DNA of 64,000 bases, taken from positions 109,052 through 173,051 of the IMG/VR virus record IMGVR_UViG_3300047498_000060; one strand, 5' to 3'. Origin of the DNA: a virus. This document shows positions 46,629 through 54,898 of the stretch, piece by piece. Both the position numbers and the translations under genes were made by a program. The stretch's first letter is position 1; the number at the start of each line of letters is the position of its first letter. The notes beneath the pieces were generated by a model that worked only from the letters and a program-made list of their open reading frames with translations, was not told the origin of the DNA and ran no database searches.

Positions 46629-48410
46629 ATGGAGCTGATCGTACGGAAACCGGACACGGGGTACCTGGACACGAACCTTTGGGTACCCAAGGCCGCGGTC
46701 AATGCCGAGGGAGTGAGGCGCGTTCTCACCTTCGAGTTCTTTGAACGCGACAAGATGAACGTGCTCACGCTCTACAAGGAGACGGACCACCACCTCATCG
46801 TGCCGCGCGAGTTCTGGCCACCCAACACCTTCCAGTTTCCGGTCATCGACTGCCGCCCCCTCCGCTACACGCGGACGGGGGTGGTCAGTCACATCAAACT
46901 CGACCACGAGTTCGAGGACGGCAAGCTACGTCCCACCGGAAAGACAACGCAGCACGACGCTATGGAGGCGTTGCTGAGCACACGGGGCGGCGTTCTTCAG
47001 CTGGCCTGCGGTCTCGGGAAGACAGTCATCGCGCTCGACTTTCTAGCTAGGCGCGGCTTCCCTGCCCTCATCATCCTCGACACTACACAGCTGATGCACC
47101 AGTGGGCGAAGGAGATCAACGAGCACCTCATCGTCCCGGGCGGGGTCGGCCTCATCCAGGGGCAGACATTCGACTGGAAGAAGAGCGTCGTCATCGCCAC
47201 GTATCACACGCTGGCAGAGCGAGCAGCCTCGCTGCCCGAAGAAGTACGCCAGTGGTTCGGAACCATCATCTGGGACGAGGCACATCACCTTGGTGCGCCG
47301 AAGTTCTCGCGTACGGCCGACCTTTTTTACGGGTTACGCCTCGCGCTCACGGCAACTCCGGACCGTGAGGATGGCACACATGTCATCTACAACTTCCACC
47401 TCGGCCCCGTCTTCTACAAGGACCTGAAGCAGGAGCTCACACCGGACATCTTCTTTAGGTGGACGAGCGTAGGGCTCGACATGACAGACAAGGCCGTCGC
47501 CGCTGCGGTCAACGACTGCAACGGAGAGATGCACATCGGGAAGGTCGCAGGGCACCTGGGTCGTCAGCCTGCGCGTATCCAGTTCGTTCTCGACGAGGTG
47601 AAGCAGGCCATCGACGCCGGCCGCAAGGTCATCGTCCTCTCGAAGAGCGTCGACGCGCTCGTGAACATGTTCGCTGCGTGGAACCAGCAGCAGGCCCTCA
47701 TCACGGACATCCCCTTCCCAACCGCGGCCGAGGTCGGGGAGACAGTGCCGCCCCGTGAACTCGACGGAGATGCGGTGAGCAAGCTGATGGGGCAGATCAT
47801 GGTGGCGAAGAAGGAACTCGAGAACCCACTCCTCCCTCCGCAGAAGCGCATCGAGCTCCAGACGAAGAAGGAACACTTCGACCAGGCATGGCAAGCCCAC
47901 CTCGTCTTCAAGAAGTGCGAGGCCCTCTACAAGGCCAAGCGCGCGGCGTACCTGAAGGAGCTCATCACCCTGCCCAGCAACGCCGGGCTGATGATCTACA
48001 AGGTCAAGCCGGCGATGCGCGACAAGATGCTACGCGAGAGGCAGGTCACCTTCGCGGTCATGAAGTATGGACGTGAGGGCCTCGACGACCGCAACCTCGA
48101 CACCATCATCATCAACGAGCCTATTTCAAGCCGCAACTCACTCCAGCAGATAATGGGGCGCGTTTTGCGGAAGAAGAAGGGTAAGCAGACGTCCGTCGTC
48201 GTCTTCCTCGAGGACAACATCGGACCCTTCATCGGCATGTGCCAGAAGCTTCGCAATCACCTCCGCACCTGGCCCCCCGAAGAGGGCGGACCCTTCGACT
48301 ACGAGAACATCGGACAACCCGTTTCCCTGCGCACCAAGAAGAAGGCCGTACTCCAAGCCACGGCCTACGCGCAGTCCACCTCCATCCGACCCGCCACAAG
48401 GACCACATGA
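46629..48410 (+). CDS. Superfamily 2 helicase (UvsW/XPB-like)
   Basis: LACGLGKT, IIWDEAHH, LTATP, EGLD, QIMGRVLR. Confidence 0.88.
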   Translation: MELIVRKPDTGYLDTNLWVPKAAVNAEGVRRVLTFEFFERDKMNVLTLYKETDHHLIVPREFWPPNTFQFPVIDCRPLRYTRTGVVSHIKLDHEFEDGKLRPTGKTTQHDAMEALLSTRGGVLQLACGLGKTVIALDFLARRGFPALIILDTTQLMHQWAKEINEHLIVPGGVGLIQGQTFDWKKSVVIATYHTLAERAASLPEEVRQWFGTIIWDEAHHLGAPKFSRTADLFYGLRLALTATPDREDGTHVIYNFHLGPVFYKDLKQELTPDIFFRWTSVGLDMTDKAVAAAVNDCNGEMHIGKVAGHLGRQPARIQFVLDEVKQAIDAGRKVIVLSKSVDALVNMFAAWNQQQALITDIPFPTAAEVGETVPPRELDGDAVSKLMGQIMVAKKELENPLLPPQKRIELQTKKEHFDQAWQAHLVFKKCEALYKAKRAAYLKELITLPSNAGLMIYKVKPAMRDKMLRERQVTFAVMKYGREGLDDRNLDTIIINEPISSRNSLQQIMGRVLRKKKGKQTSVVVFLEDNIGPFIGMCQKLRNHLRTWPPEEGGPFDYENIGQPVSLRTKKKAVLQATAYAQSTSIRPATRTT

Positions 48411-48913
48411 TCACGCCCAAGCTCGACGAACTGTTCCAGCCCGAGAAGCACACCTGGGTCATGGCGTATCGCCACTCCGCGAAGTACTTCGGTCGCCTCA
48501 TCGACATCGACGGCGCCAAGCCGCCCGAGGGGAAGACCAACGTCTTCGCCATCCGCAAGGCCAGGAACGTCGCGCTCAGCCCCATCTTCCAGCTCATCAC
48601 GGCGCAGCGACAGGTGCACCTCGACGCACAGGGCAAGCCCGTCCGCTTTGACGAGGCAGGGCGCCCCATGAGCAAGCCGGTGAGTACAGGCATCACGACC
48701 GAGCCCTTCGTTCAGCTCGTCGAGTTCTGCGACTACATGACCCCGATGCATTTCGAGGGTGCTGACATCCAGCGCTTCTTCAGCGAGATGACCAAGGACG
48801 ACGTGAAGGGATACCGCGAGCTCCTGGAGGGTGTCGTGAACGCGGTACAAGCCGCGTCTCCCATTACGCTCGCAACGCCGGCGGAGACCCAGCAGGTAGT
48901 CCGTGGACGTTGA
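48407..48913 (+). CDS. Hypothetical protein
   Basis: ATGA coupling, AAGGA RBS, GC3 bias. Confidence 0.6.
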   Translation: MITPKLDELFQPEKHTWVMAYRHSAKYFGRLIDIDGAKPPEGKTNVFAIRKARNVALSPIFQLITAQRQVHLDAQGKPVRFDEAGRPMSKPVSTGITTEPFVQLVEFCDYMTPMHFEGADIQRFFSEMTKDDVKGYRELLEGVVNAVQAASPITLATPAETQQVVRGR

Positions 48914-49760
48914 CGCGCGCAAGCCGCTCGGCCAACTGCAGTCCGAGTGGAGCACCTGCCAACGCTGCCCTCTCGGAGAGCGACGCCTGCACGTGGGAGC
49001 ACGCTTCGTCCCTGGCGTGGGCTACCCGCGCTCCGTCATGCTCATCGGCGACGGACCGAACGAAGAATCCGAGCAGACAGGTGCGCCCTTCGTCGGACGC
49101 TCAGGAGGAATCCTACGTGCCATCCTCGCTCGACTGGGGCTGAAAGAGTACTACCTCACCAACCTCGTCGCCTGCCGCTCCTGCGTGCCGCAGACCAACG
49201 CCTCCGGCGAACCAATGCAGCGCCGCATCGGGGGCGTGATGACCCCCGTCTACAAGGACGAGACGCCCATCCCGGCACACATCGCGGCGTGCCGTCCGCG
49301 CCTCAACGAGGAGATCTACCTCGTCGACCCCACGGTCATCGTAGGACTCGGTCCCAAGGTCTGTGAGGCCCTCACAGGACGAGCAGCCAATCTGGCACGG
49401 GACAATGGCGAGGCGCGCCCCATCTCCACCCCCGGTGCGACCCGCGTAGCCGAGCTCACCGACAAGGGCGCTTGGCTCCGCAAGGTGAAGGGCCAATGGA
49501 TCCAGCCGGTCGCCCGTAGTGAGGTGCGTTACCACTTCGTCCCCACCTACCACCCGTTTGATGTTGAGCGCGTGATGGACGACATGAGCCCGAACAGCAT
49601 CTTCAACAAGTTCATCGCCGCGCTCCGTACAGCAGTGCAGACGCACGAGGCCTACCTCGAGGGGGCTTACGGCATGACGCCAACGAATCGCGGGCAGGCC
49701 ACCGACCTCGATCTTCAACACGTAGCGCAGCAGGAAGCACAGACCCATGAAGAAGCGTGA
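48903..49760 (+). CDS. Uracil-DNA glycosylase family 4-like
   Basis: CQRCPL, IGDGP..E...G.PFVGRSG, TNLVAC, CRPRL..EI, TYHP. Confidence 0.82.
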   Translation: MDVDARKPLGQLQSEWSTCQRCPLGERRLHVGARFVPGVGYPRSVMLIGDGPNEESEQTGAPFVGRSGGILRAILARLGLKEYYLTNLVACRSCVPQTNASGEPMQRRIGGVMTPVYKDETPIPAHIAACRPRLNEEIYLVDPTVIVGLGPKVCEALTGRAANLARDNGEARPISTPGATRVAELTDKGAWLRKVKGQWIQPVARSEVRYHFVPTYHPFDVERVMDDMSPNSIFNKFIAALRTAVQTHEAYLEGAYGMTPTNRGQATDLDLQHVAQQEAQTHEEA

Positions 49761-50181
49761 AGCGAAGCCCGTCACCGTCGACGAGGTCCCCGAGCTGATG
49801 GCGTACGAGCTCGCGAAGCGGAAGCTCGACAACTTCAAGAACAAGCACGCAGCCCTCATCGAGGAGCTCACATCCTTGGCCGAGGCGCACAACACTGCCC
49901 TCGAAGCGGCAGACAAAGCCATGCGTGCGAACAGCTACACCTGCGCTCCGTTCAACCTTCAGCATTTCACGACGAAATACAACGCGGACGAAGCTTTCGT
50001 TCTGCTGGGCCGCAACGGATTCCTCGCTGCTGGTGGCAAGGTCGAGACGAAAGAGGTCTACGAGATCGACAAGGACCGCTTCGAGGCTGCAATCTCGCAG
50101 GGCAAGATTGCCGACGAAGTCGTCGAGAAGGTCCGTACCGAGACGCCGACCTACAAGAAGCCCAAGCCGCTGGCCGTCTGA
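49747..50181 (+). CDS. Hypothetical coiled-coil protein
   Basis: 144 aa; N-terminal coiled coil; C-terminal IDKDRFEAAISQGKI. Confidence 0.6.
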   Translation: MKKREAKPVTVDEVPELMAYELAKRKLDNFKNKHAALIEELTSLAEAHNTALEAADKAMRANSYTCAPFNLQHFTTKYNADEAFVLLGRNGFLAAGGKVETKEVYEIDKDRFEAAISQGKIADEVVEKVRTETPTYKKPKPLAV

Positions 50182-50481
50182 GTGGTGAACTCTGCACGAC
50201 TCACCATCGAACGCGATGACATCATCATTTATGAGAGGATCGAACCGATGGACAAGTTCCAGTCTCTGCGACAGACAACGGGCCCCGAGGCGCACGTCGG
50301 GATGAACATGGGTGTGAGTCAGGACTTCGGGAAGCTGAAGGTCGGCGCATCCGTCACACTCAGCTGCGACCAGAACGAGCAGGCCATCGAGGCGGCCGGC
50401 TACCAGGCACTCAACAAGTGCATGGAGTTCGTCACCCAGGGGATGCGGTACCTCGCACAGAGCCCGGAGGTGCCACAGTGA
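50182..50481 (+). CDS. Hypothetical protein
   Basis: 99-aa ORF (alternative start 50248). Confidence 0.55.
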   Translation: MVNSARLTIERDDIIIYERIEPMDKFQSLRQTTGPEAHVGMNMGVSQDFGKLKVGASVTLSCDQNEQAIEAAGYQALNKCMEFVTQGMRYLAQSPEVPQ

Positions 50482-50807
50482 TTCGTGGTCACATGAAGGC
50501 CGACGGTATCGCGCTCGGCGAAGCCAGCTGCAGCTTCATGAGCTCGGGCGGCGTTGTTCTCGAGGCCAAGGCTGCCTTCGTCAGCACGAAAACAGGCGAC
50601 ACGTTCGGCTGGACGAAGAACGCCGTCTGGTCGCCGCCCACCATCGAGAAGCTAAAGGAGCTCCGCGCATTGATGGAGATCGACCTCGGGCGCATCCATC
50701 TCGAAGAAGGCGGCGAGCCGCTCACTGGCATGCCGGCCCCGACCGAGGGGCGTGGACTCGGTAGCATGCCGAAGAGTGGGATCGGCGAAGAAGTTGGGTC
50801 AGTCTGA
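50478..50807 (+). CDS. Hypothetical protein
   Basis: GTG at 50478 with GGAGG RBS, overlapping the upstream stop. Confidence 0.55.
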   Translation: MIRGHMKADGIALGEASCSFMSSGGVVLEAKAAFVSTKTGDTFGWTKNAVWSPPTIEKLKELRALMEIDLGRIHLEEGGEPLTGMPAPTEGRGLGSMPKSGIGEEVGSV

Positions 50808-50962
50808 CCCCCTACTGCTAGGGGCGTAACCGTTCGTCCATACAGCTAATAGAGAAAACGCGGAGGCGATTGACGTAGGCCGCACCAGCAGCCACGGTGA
50901 TCGTCCCCCGCGTGTCCACTTTTGTTAGCCGTGGGGGATAAGAGGCCCACCTACGTCATCGA
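50808..50962 (+). other. Structured intergenic element upstream of dnaB
   Basis: Several complementary segments (see findings). Confidence 0.4.
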
Positions 50963-50982
50963 TCCTTGCTCTCCGAGGTGCA

Positions 50983-52449
50983 ATGTCTCACCAGCTCACG
51001 CTCTGCTCGCGCATCATCAGGACCGGTTGCCTACCCGAGGTGCTGGACTACGGCATCACCGCCGAGGACTTCACCACTCCCGAGGGCCGCGGCCTCTGGT
51101 CCCTCATCCAGAACTACCATACGATGGCACAAACCCGAGGGTCTGTGCTCGACATGAGGGGGCTACTGGAGCAGTACCCCTCCTACGTCTTGACGCCGGA
51201 TCGCCTAGACAGCTCGACACATGCGCTTTGCTTCGCCGTCCGCCGAGAGCGCATCCAGTCCGGGGGCCTGAAGGCCCTCGGCGATGCGGCCAGTCTAATC
51301 TCCACGGGCATTGACCCGATGGTCCCGCTTGCGCGCCTGCAGGCCGAGGTGAGTGCGTACCTCGCGCTGGGCTGCACCGCCAACGCAGACATCGGATTCG
51401 GTCGCGGTCTCGCCAGCGTCATGCAGCGCATGCAGTTGCAGCGCGATGGCGTGGACATCTCGCTCATGAAGTGGCCATGGGCGGCGATGAACAAGGCTAC
51501 ACTCGGGCTTCAACGCGACGACTACGTCGTCTTCTACGGACGGCCCAAGTCAATGAAGACTTGGGCGCTCGCGTACCTCGTAGCCTGGTGTTACGAGAAC
51601 GAGAAGAAGCTGGTCCTTTACACGAAGGAGATGACGCCGGACAACGTCTACCAGCGTGTGCTCGCCTGCATCTGCCGCATCATGTACGAGTTCGTTCGCG
51701 ACGCGTACACGATGTCCGACAACGACTGGTATGCCATCCAGAAGCTGTATCACCAGCTTACGCTGGACCCGGTCCTCGCGAGCACGATCGTGGTCCTCAA
51801 CGGCCGCGACGCCCCTCCAGGAGGGGACACTGTCTCGTGGTTGAACAGCAAGATCGACAAGCACAAGCCGGTCGTGGCCTTCATTGACGGGCTCTACCTG
51901 CTCAGCGACCAGAACAAGAAGAGCAAGGACCACGAACGCGTGACGAGCATCAGCCGTGACATCCGTGGCATGGTCCTCGGCAGCGGCGTGCCCGTCATCG
52001 CCACGATGCAGGCCAACCGCAAGGCTGCAGGACACACCGACGCGAACCTCGACGAAATCGCGTACTCCGACTCCCTCGCGCAGGACTGCACTGCGGCCAT
52101 TCGCACCATCCAACGCAAGGTCAGCCCCACCGAAGAAGAGAAGAGCAAGAACCCGCAAGCTGCGCCCAAGCAGTACATCGACCTCATCTTCGGCGGCAGC
52201 CGCGAGTACTCCCTGCACGGCATCCGCCTGAACGCAGTGCCGGCACGCAACTTCTCTCAGCTGAAGGAGCTCACCGAAGCTGACGTACTCGCCTCCAAGG
52301 AAGCAGATGCCGAGGAAGAAGAAGAGCGCAAGGCAGCCCGCGCTACGAAGCGTCGCACAGCGAAAGCGAAGGCCGCACAGAACGCCGCGCAGGGAGACAT
52401 CAAAGGACAGCAAGCCGAAGGTGAGAAGCTAGTCGCCGCACGCATGTAA
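50983..52449 (+). CDS. dnaB: DnaB-like replicative helicase
   Basis: YGRPKSMKT, TKEM, FIDGLYL, QANR, YSDSLAQD. Confidence 0.85.
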   Translation: MSHQLTLCSRIIRTGCLPEVLDYGITAEDFTTPEGRGLWSLIQNYHTMAQTRGSVLDMRGLLEQYPSYVLTPDRLDSSTHALCFAVRRERIQSGGLKALGDAASLISTGIDPMVPLARLQAEVSAYLALGCTANADIGFGRGLASVMQRMQLQRDGVDISLMKWPWAAMNKATLGLQRDDYVVFYGRPKSMKTWALAYLVAWCYENEKKLVLYTKEMTPDNVYQRVLACICRIMYEFVRDAYTMSDNDWYAIQKLYHQLTLDPVLASTIVVLNGRDAPPGGDTVSWLNSKIDKHKPVVAFIDGLYLLSDQNKKSKDHERVTSISRDIRGMVLGSGVPVIATMQANRKAAGHTDANLDEIAYSDSLAQDCTAAIRTIQRKVSPTEEEKSKNPQAAPKQYIDLIFGGSREYSLHGIRLNAVPARNFSQLKELTEADVLASKEADAEEEEERKAARATKRRTAKAKAAQNAAQGDIKGQQAEGEKLVAARM

Positions 52450-53438
52450 TGACCGACCACATCCAGAACGCTGTAGCTCCCTACCTGAACCGGATGCGTC
52501 GGGCAGGACCTGAAGAGGTCTCCTCGGTGTGCCCGTTTCACCGGCGTGCCGACGGGTCGGAGGGAGGTGCCTCGAACTTCTTCATGAACGTGTACAGCGG
52601 GTTGTGGTTCTGTCACTCCTGCCACGCTCGTGGGAACCTCTACACCTTCCTCCGCGACGTCGGTCTCTCACGTGACCAGATCAAGCTGCAGTATCAGACG
52701 GCCCTGGACGAGGCTGGGAAGTACGCGCCGCCACCACCAGATCCTATCAACCCCGTCGAAGCTGTACTCGAACCCCTAGACGAGGGCTTCCTTGGGCACT
52801 TCGACTATTGCCCCCAGCAACTTCTCGACGAGGGCTTCCCGATGGGGCTCCTCCGAAGGTTCGACATCGGCTACGACTGGAAGCACCACCGCATCACCTT
52901 CCCGCTGCGCGACTGGCGGGGGCGACTCGTCGGCATCAGCGGGCGTGCAGCACAAGATGGGGTCCAGCCGCGGTACAAGCTGTACGACAAGGAGTACCTC
53001 GCGTTTGGTCTGCCTGTCCGCAAGACCGAACGCCGGCCGATCATCTGGAACATCCACAACGTACTCCTCAAGCAGCACTTCACCACCAAGCCGGAGGTAC
53101 AACCCCTCGTCGTTGTCGAGGGCTACAAGGCCGCTCTGCGCGTCGCGCAGGCCAACGTGGAGGTGGGGGCGCTGCTCGGCTCTCACATCACGCAGGAACA
53201 GATCTGGTTGCTTCAGAAGCTAGACTGTCCTCTTCTGTTCATGTTCGACAATGACGATGCCGGAAGAATGGGCCAGCTCGATGCCTGCCACCGACTGTCT
53301 CAGACTGGCTCTGTAGGACACCGATTATTCGTCGTCGATTATGCCGCCCGTCAGCCCAGTGATCTCACCCCACACGCCGTCCTAGAAGCATTGCTCGCAC
53401 CACAGTCGTTCATGGAATGGTTCATCCGCAACTCATAG
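52449..53438 (+). CDS. dnaG: DnaG-type primase
   Basis: CPFH...CHSC zinc finger, RITFPLRD..G..VG..GR, TOPRIM VVEGY and FDNDDAG. Confidence 0.88.
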   Translation: MTDHIQNAVAPYLNRMRRAGPEEVSSVCPFHRRADGSEGGASNFFMNVYSGLWFCHSCHARGNLYTFLRDVGLSRDQIKLQYQTALDEAGKYAPPPPDPINPVEAVLEPLDEGFLGHFDYCPQQLLDEGFPMGLLRRFDIGYDWKHHRITFPLRDWRGRLVGISGRAAQDGVQPRYKLYDKEYLAFGLPVRKTERRPIIWNIHNVLLKQHFTTKPEVQPLVVVEGYKAALRVAQANVEVGALLGSHITQEQIWLLQKLDCPLLFMFDNDDAGRMGQLDACHRLSQTGSVGHRLFVVDYAARQPSDLTPHAVLEALLAPQSFMEWFIRNS

Positions 53439-53450
53439 TCAGGAGCCCAC

Positions 53451-54842
53451 ATGTCATACGGTAAGAACGAAAAAGATCAGGAGCGCGTCAGCTCATTCCG
53501 CAAGGAGAGCGCCGCCTTCTCCAAAGCGCAGCCACGCACGGGAGGGAAGGCCAAGATCCCGGCGTTCCTCGATGAGTACAAGCCCAGCGCCAGCTGCGTC
53601 GACACGGTGCGCCTCATCCCCGGTTCCTACGCTCAGGACAAGATCATCCTGGCACCCGACGCCGCAGGGCAGCTAACACCAACACTCACGCAGACCACCT
53701 GCGACTTCATCAAGATCACCGAGCACTACGACGGGTACTACAAGAAGGGCTGCATCTGCAGTGCTGGCCCGTTCAACGACCGCGAGCACCGCAAGCCCTG
53801 CCACGGCTGCGACATCTACTTCGAGACCGGGGCCCGCAACGAAAACGGACGCTTCGAGTCCTCGCGGATGAGCAAGCAGAACAAGTTCGTCTTCTCGGTC
53901 TGGGACTACGGGTACTACCACAACAACTACCAGCTCGATGAACACGGCAACGTCCGCTCAAACCGGACAACGAACAAGCCGTACATGCAGTGGCAAAAGT
54001 GCATCGGCCAGGGCTGCCCCAGCTGCCGTGCGGGCAACATCGAGACGAAGCAGGGCTGCATGCGTTGCTGGCCGCTGAGCTACACCTGGTTCCAGGTACT
54101 GCGGCAGCAGGACATCAACGTCATCGGCCGCAACTGCGTCCGCTGCTTCGGGCAGAATTGCATCAGCAGTATCGCCTGGAACACGGCCTGCTGCGGAGCG
54201 TGCGTCATTGACATGCGCACTACGCAGATGACGACGGAAGAGATCAACAAGCTCACCAACGACGAGTTTACCTGCCAGCGCTGCCACGTCACCAACATGC
54301 TCAACGAGGTGTACGAGTGCGGGAACTGCGTACAGCGTGGTCAGTACGGCGTGCGCGCGTCACTCTTCGACGTTGACCTCAACATCACCGTCGTACCGAG
54401 CGGCGTGAACAAGATGCTCCAGGTCGTGGGTTTCACGGGACCGAACGTCATCCCCGACAACTGGAAGGAGGTCCTCAAGCCGATGGACCTGCTCGCGCGC
54501 TACGCCCCGGACTCTCTCGAGTTCCAGGCCAAGCGCTTCAACGTTCAGCCTCCGCCCCCACAGCTGGGCCCTCAGCCGCAGCAGTACCCGCAGCAGCCGC
54601 AAGGATACCCGCCGGCTCCCCAAGGCTACGCCCCGCCGCCCCCGCAGCCGGCCTACCAGCCTCCGCCTCAGCAGCCCTGGGCACCGCAGGCCACGCCGGC
54701 GCCGATGTACCCGCCGCAGCCTAGCTTCGGGCAGCCCCCGCAGCAGCCGCAGTACGCGCCGCAAGCGCCTCAACAGGGATACCCGCAAGGGTTTCCCCAG
54801 CAGGTCGCACCGTCACCTGCGACGCCCTACGGTCGTCGCTAA
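53451..54842 (+). CDS. Putative single-stranded DNA-binding protein (gp32-like) with extra Zn ribbons and P/Q/Y tail
   Basis: VRLIP...EHY...CICS...PCHGC...FVFSVWD...DVDLNITV; located between primase and polymerase; followed by a terminator. Confidence 0.55.
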   Translation: MSYGKNEKDQERVSSFRKESAAFSKAQPRTGGKAKIPAFLDEYKPSASCVDTVRLIPGSYAQDKIILAPDAAGQLTPTLTQTTCDFIKITEHYDGYYKKGCICSAGPFNDREHRKPCHGCDIYFETGARNENGRFESSRMSKQNKFVFSVWDYGYYHNNYQLDEHGNVRSNRTTNKPYMQWQKCIGQGCPSCRAGNIETKQGCMRCWPLSYTWFQVLRQQDINVIGRNCVRCFGQNCISSIAWNTACCGACVIDMRTTQMTTEEINKLTNDEFTCQRCHVTNMLNEVYECGNCVQRGQYGVRASLFDVDLNITVVPSGVNKMLQVVGFTGPNVIPDNWKEVLKPMDLLARYAPDSLEFQAKRFNVQPPPPQLGPQPQQYPQQPQGYPPAPQGYAPPPPQPAYQPPPQQPWAPQATPAPMYPPQPSFGQPPQQPQYAPQAPQQGYPQGFPQQVAPSPATPYGRR

Positions 54843-54857
54843 TCCCACAACCAGTAC

Positions 54858-54887
54858 ACGGCCCCCACGTAGGGGGCCGTTTCTTTT
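54858..54887 (+). terminator. Intrinsic terminator
   Basis: ACGGCCCCC-ACGTA-GGGGGCCGT followed by TTCTTTT. Confidence 0.8.
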
Positions 54888-54898
54888 AGGTGCCCCAC

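Noticed and set aside
50808-50982. tRNA in the intergenic gap
   Set aside because: No TTCRA T-loop, cloverleaf or CCA end recognisable.
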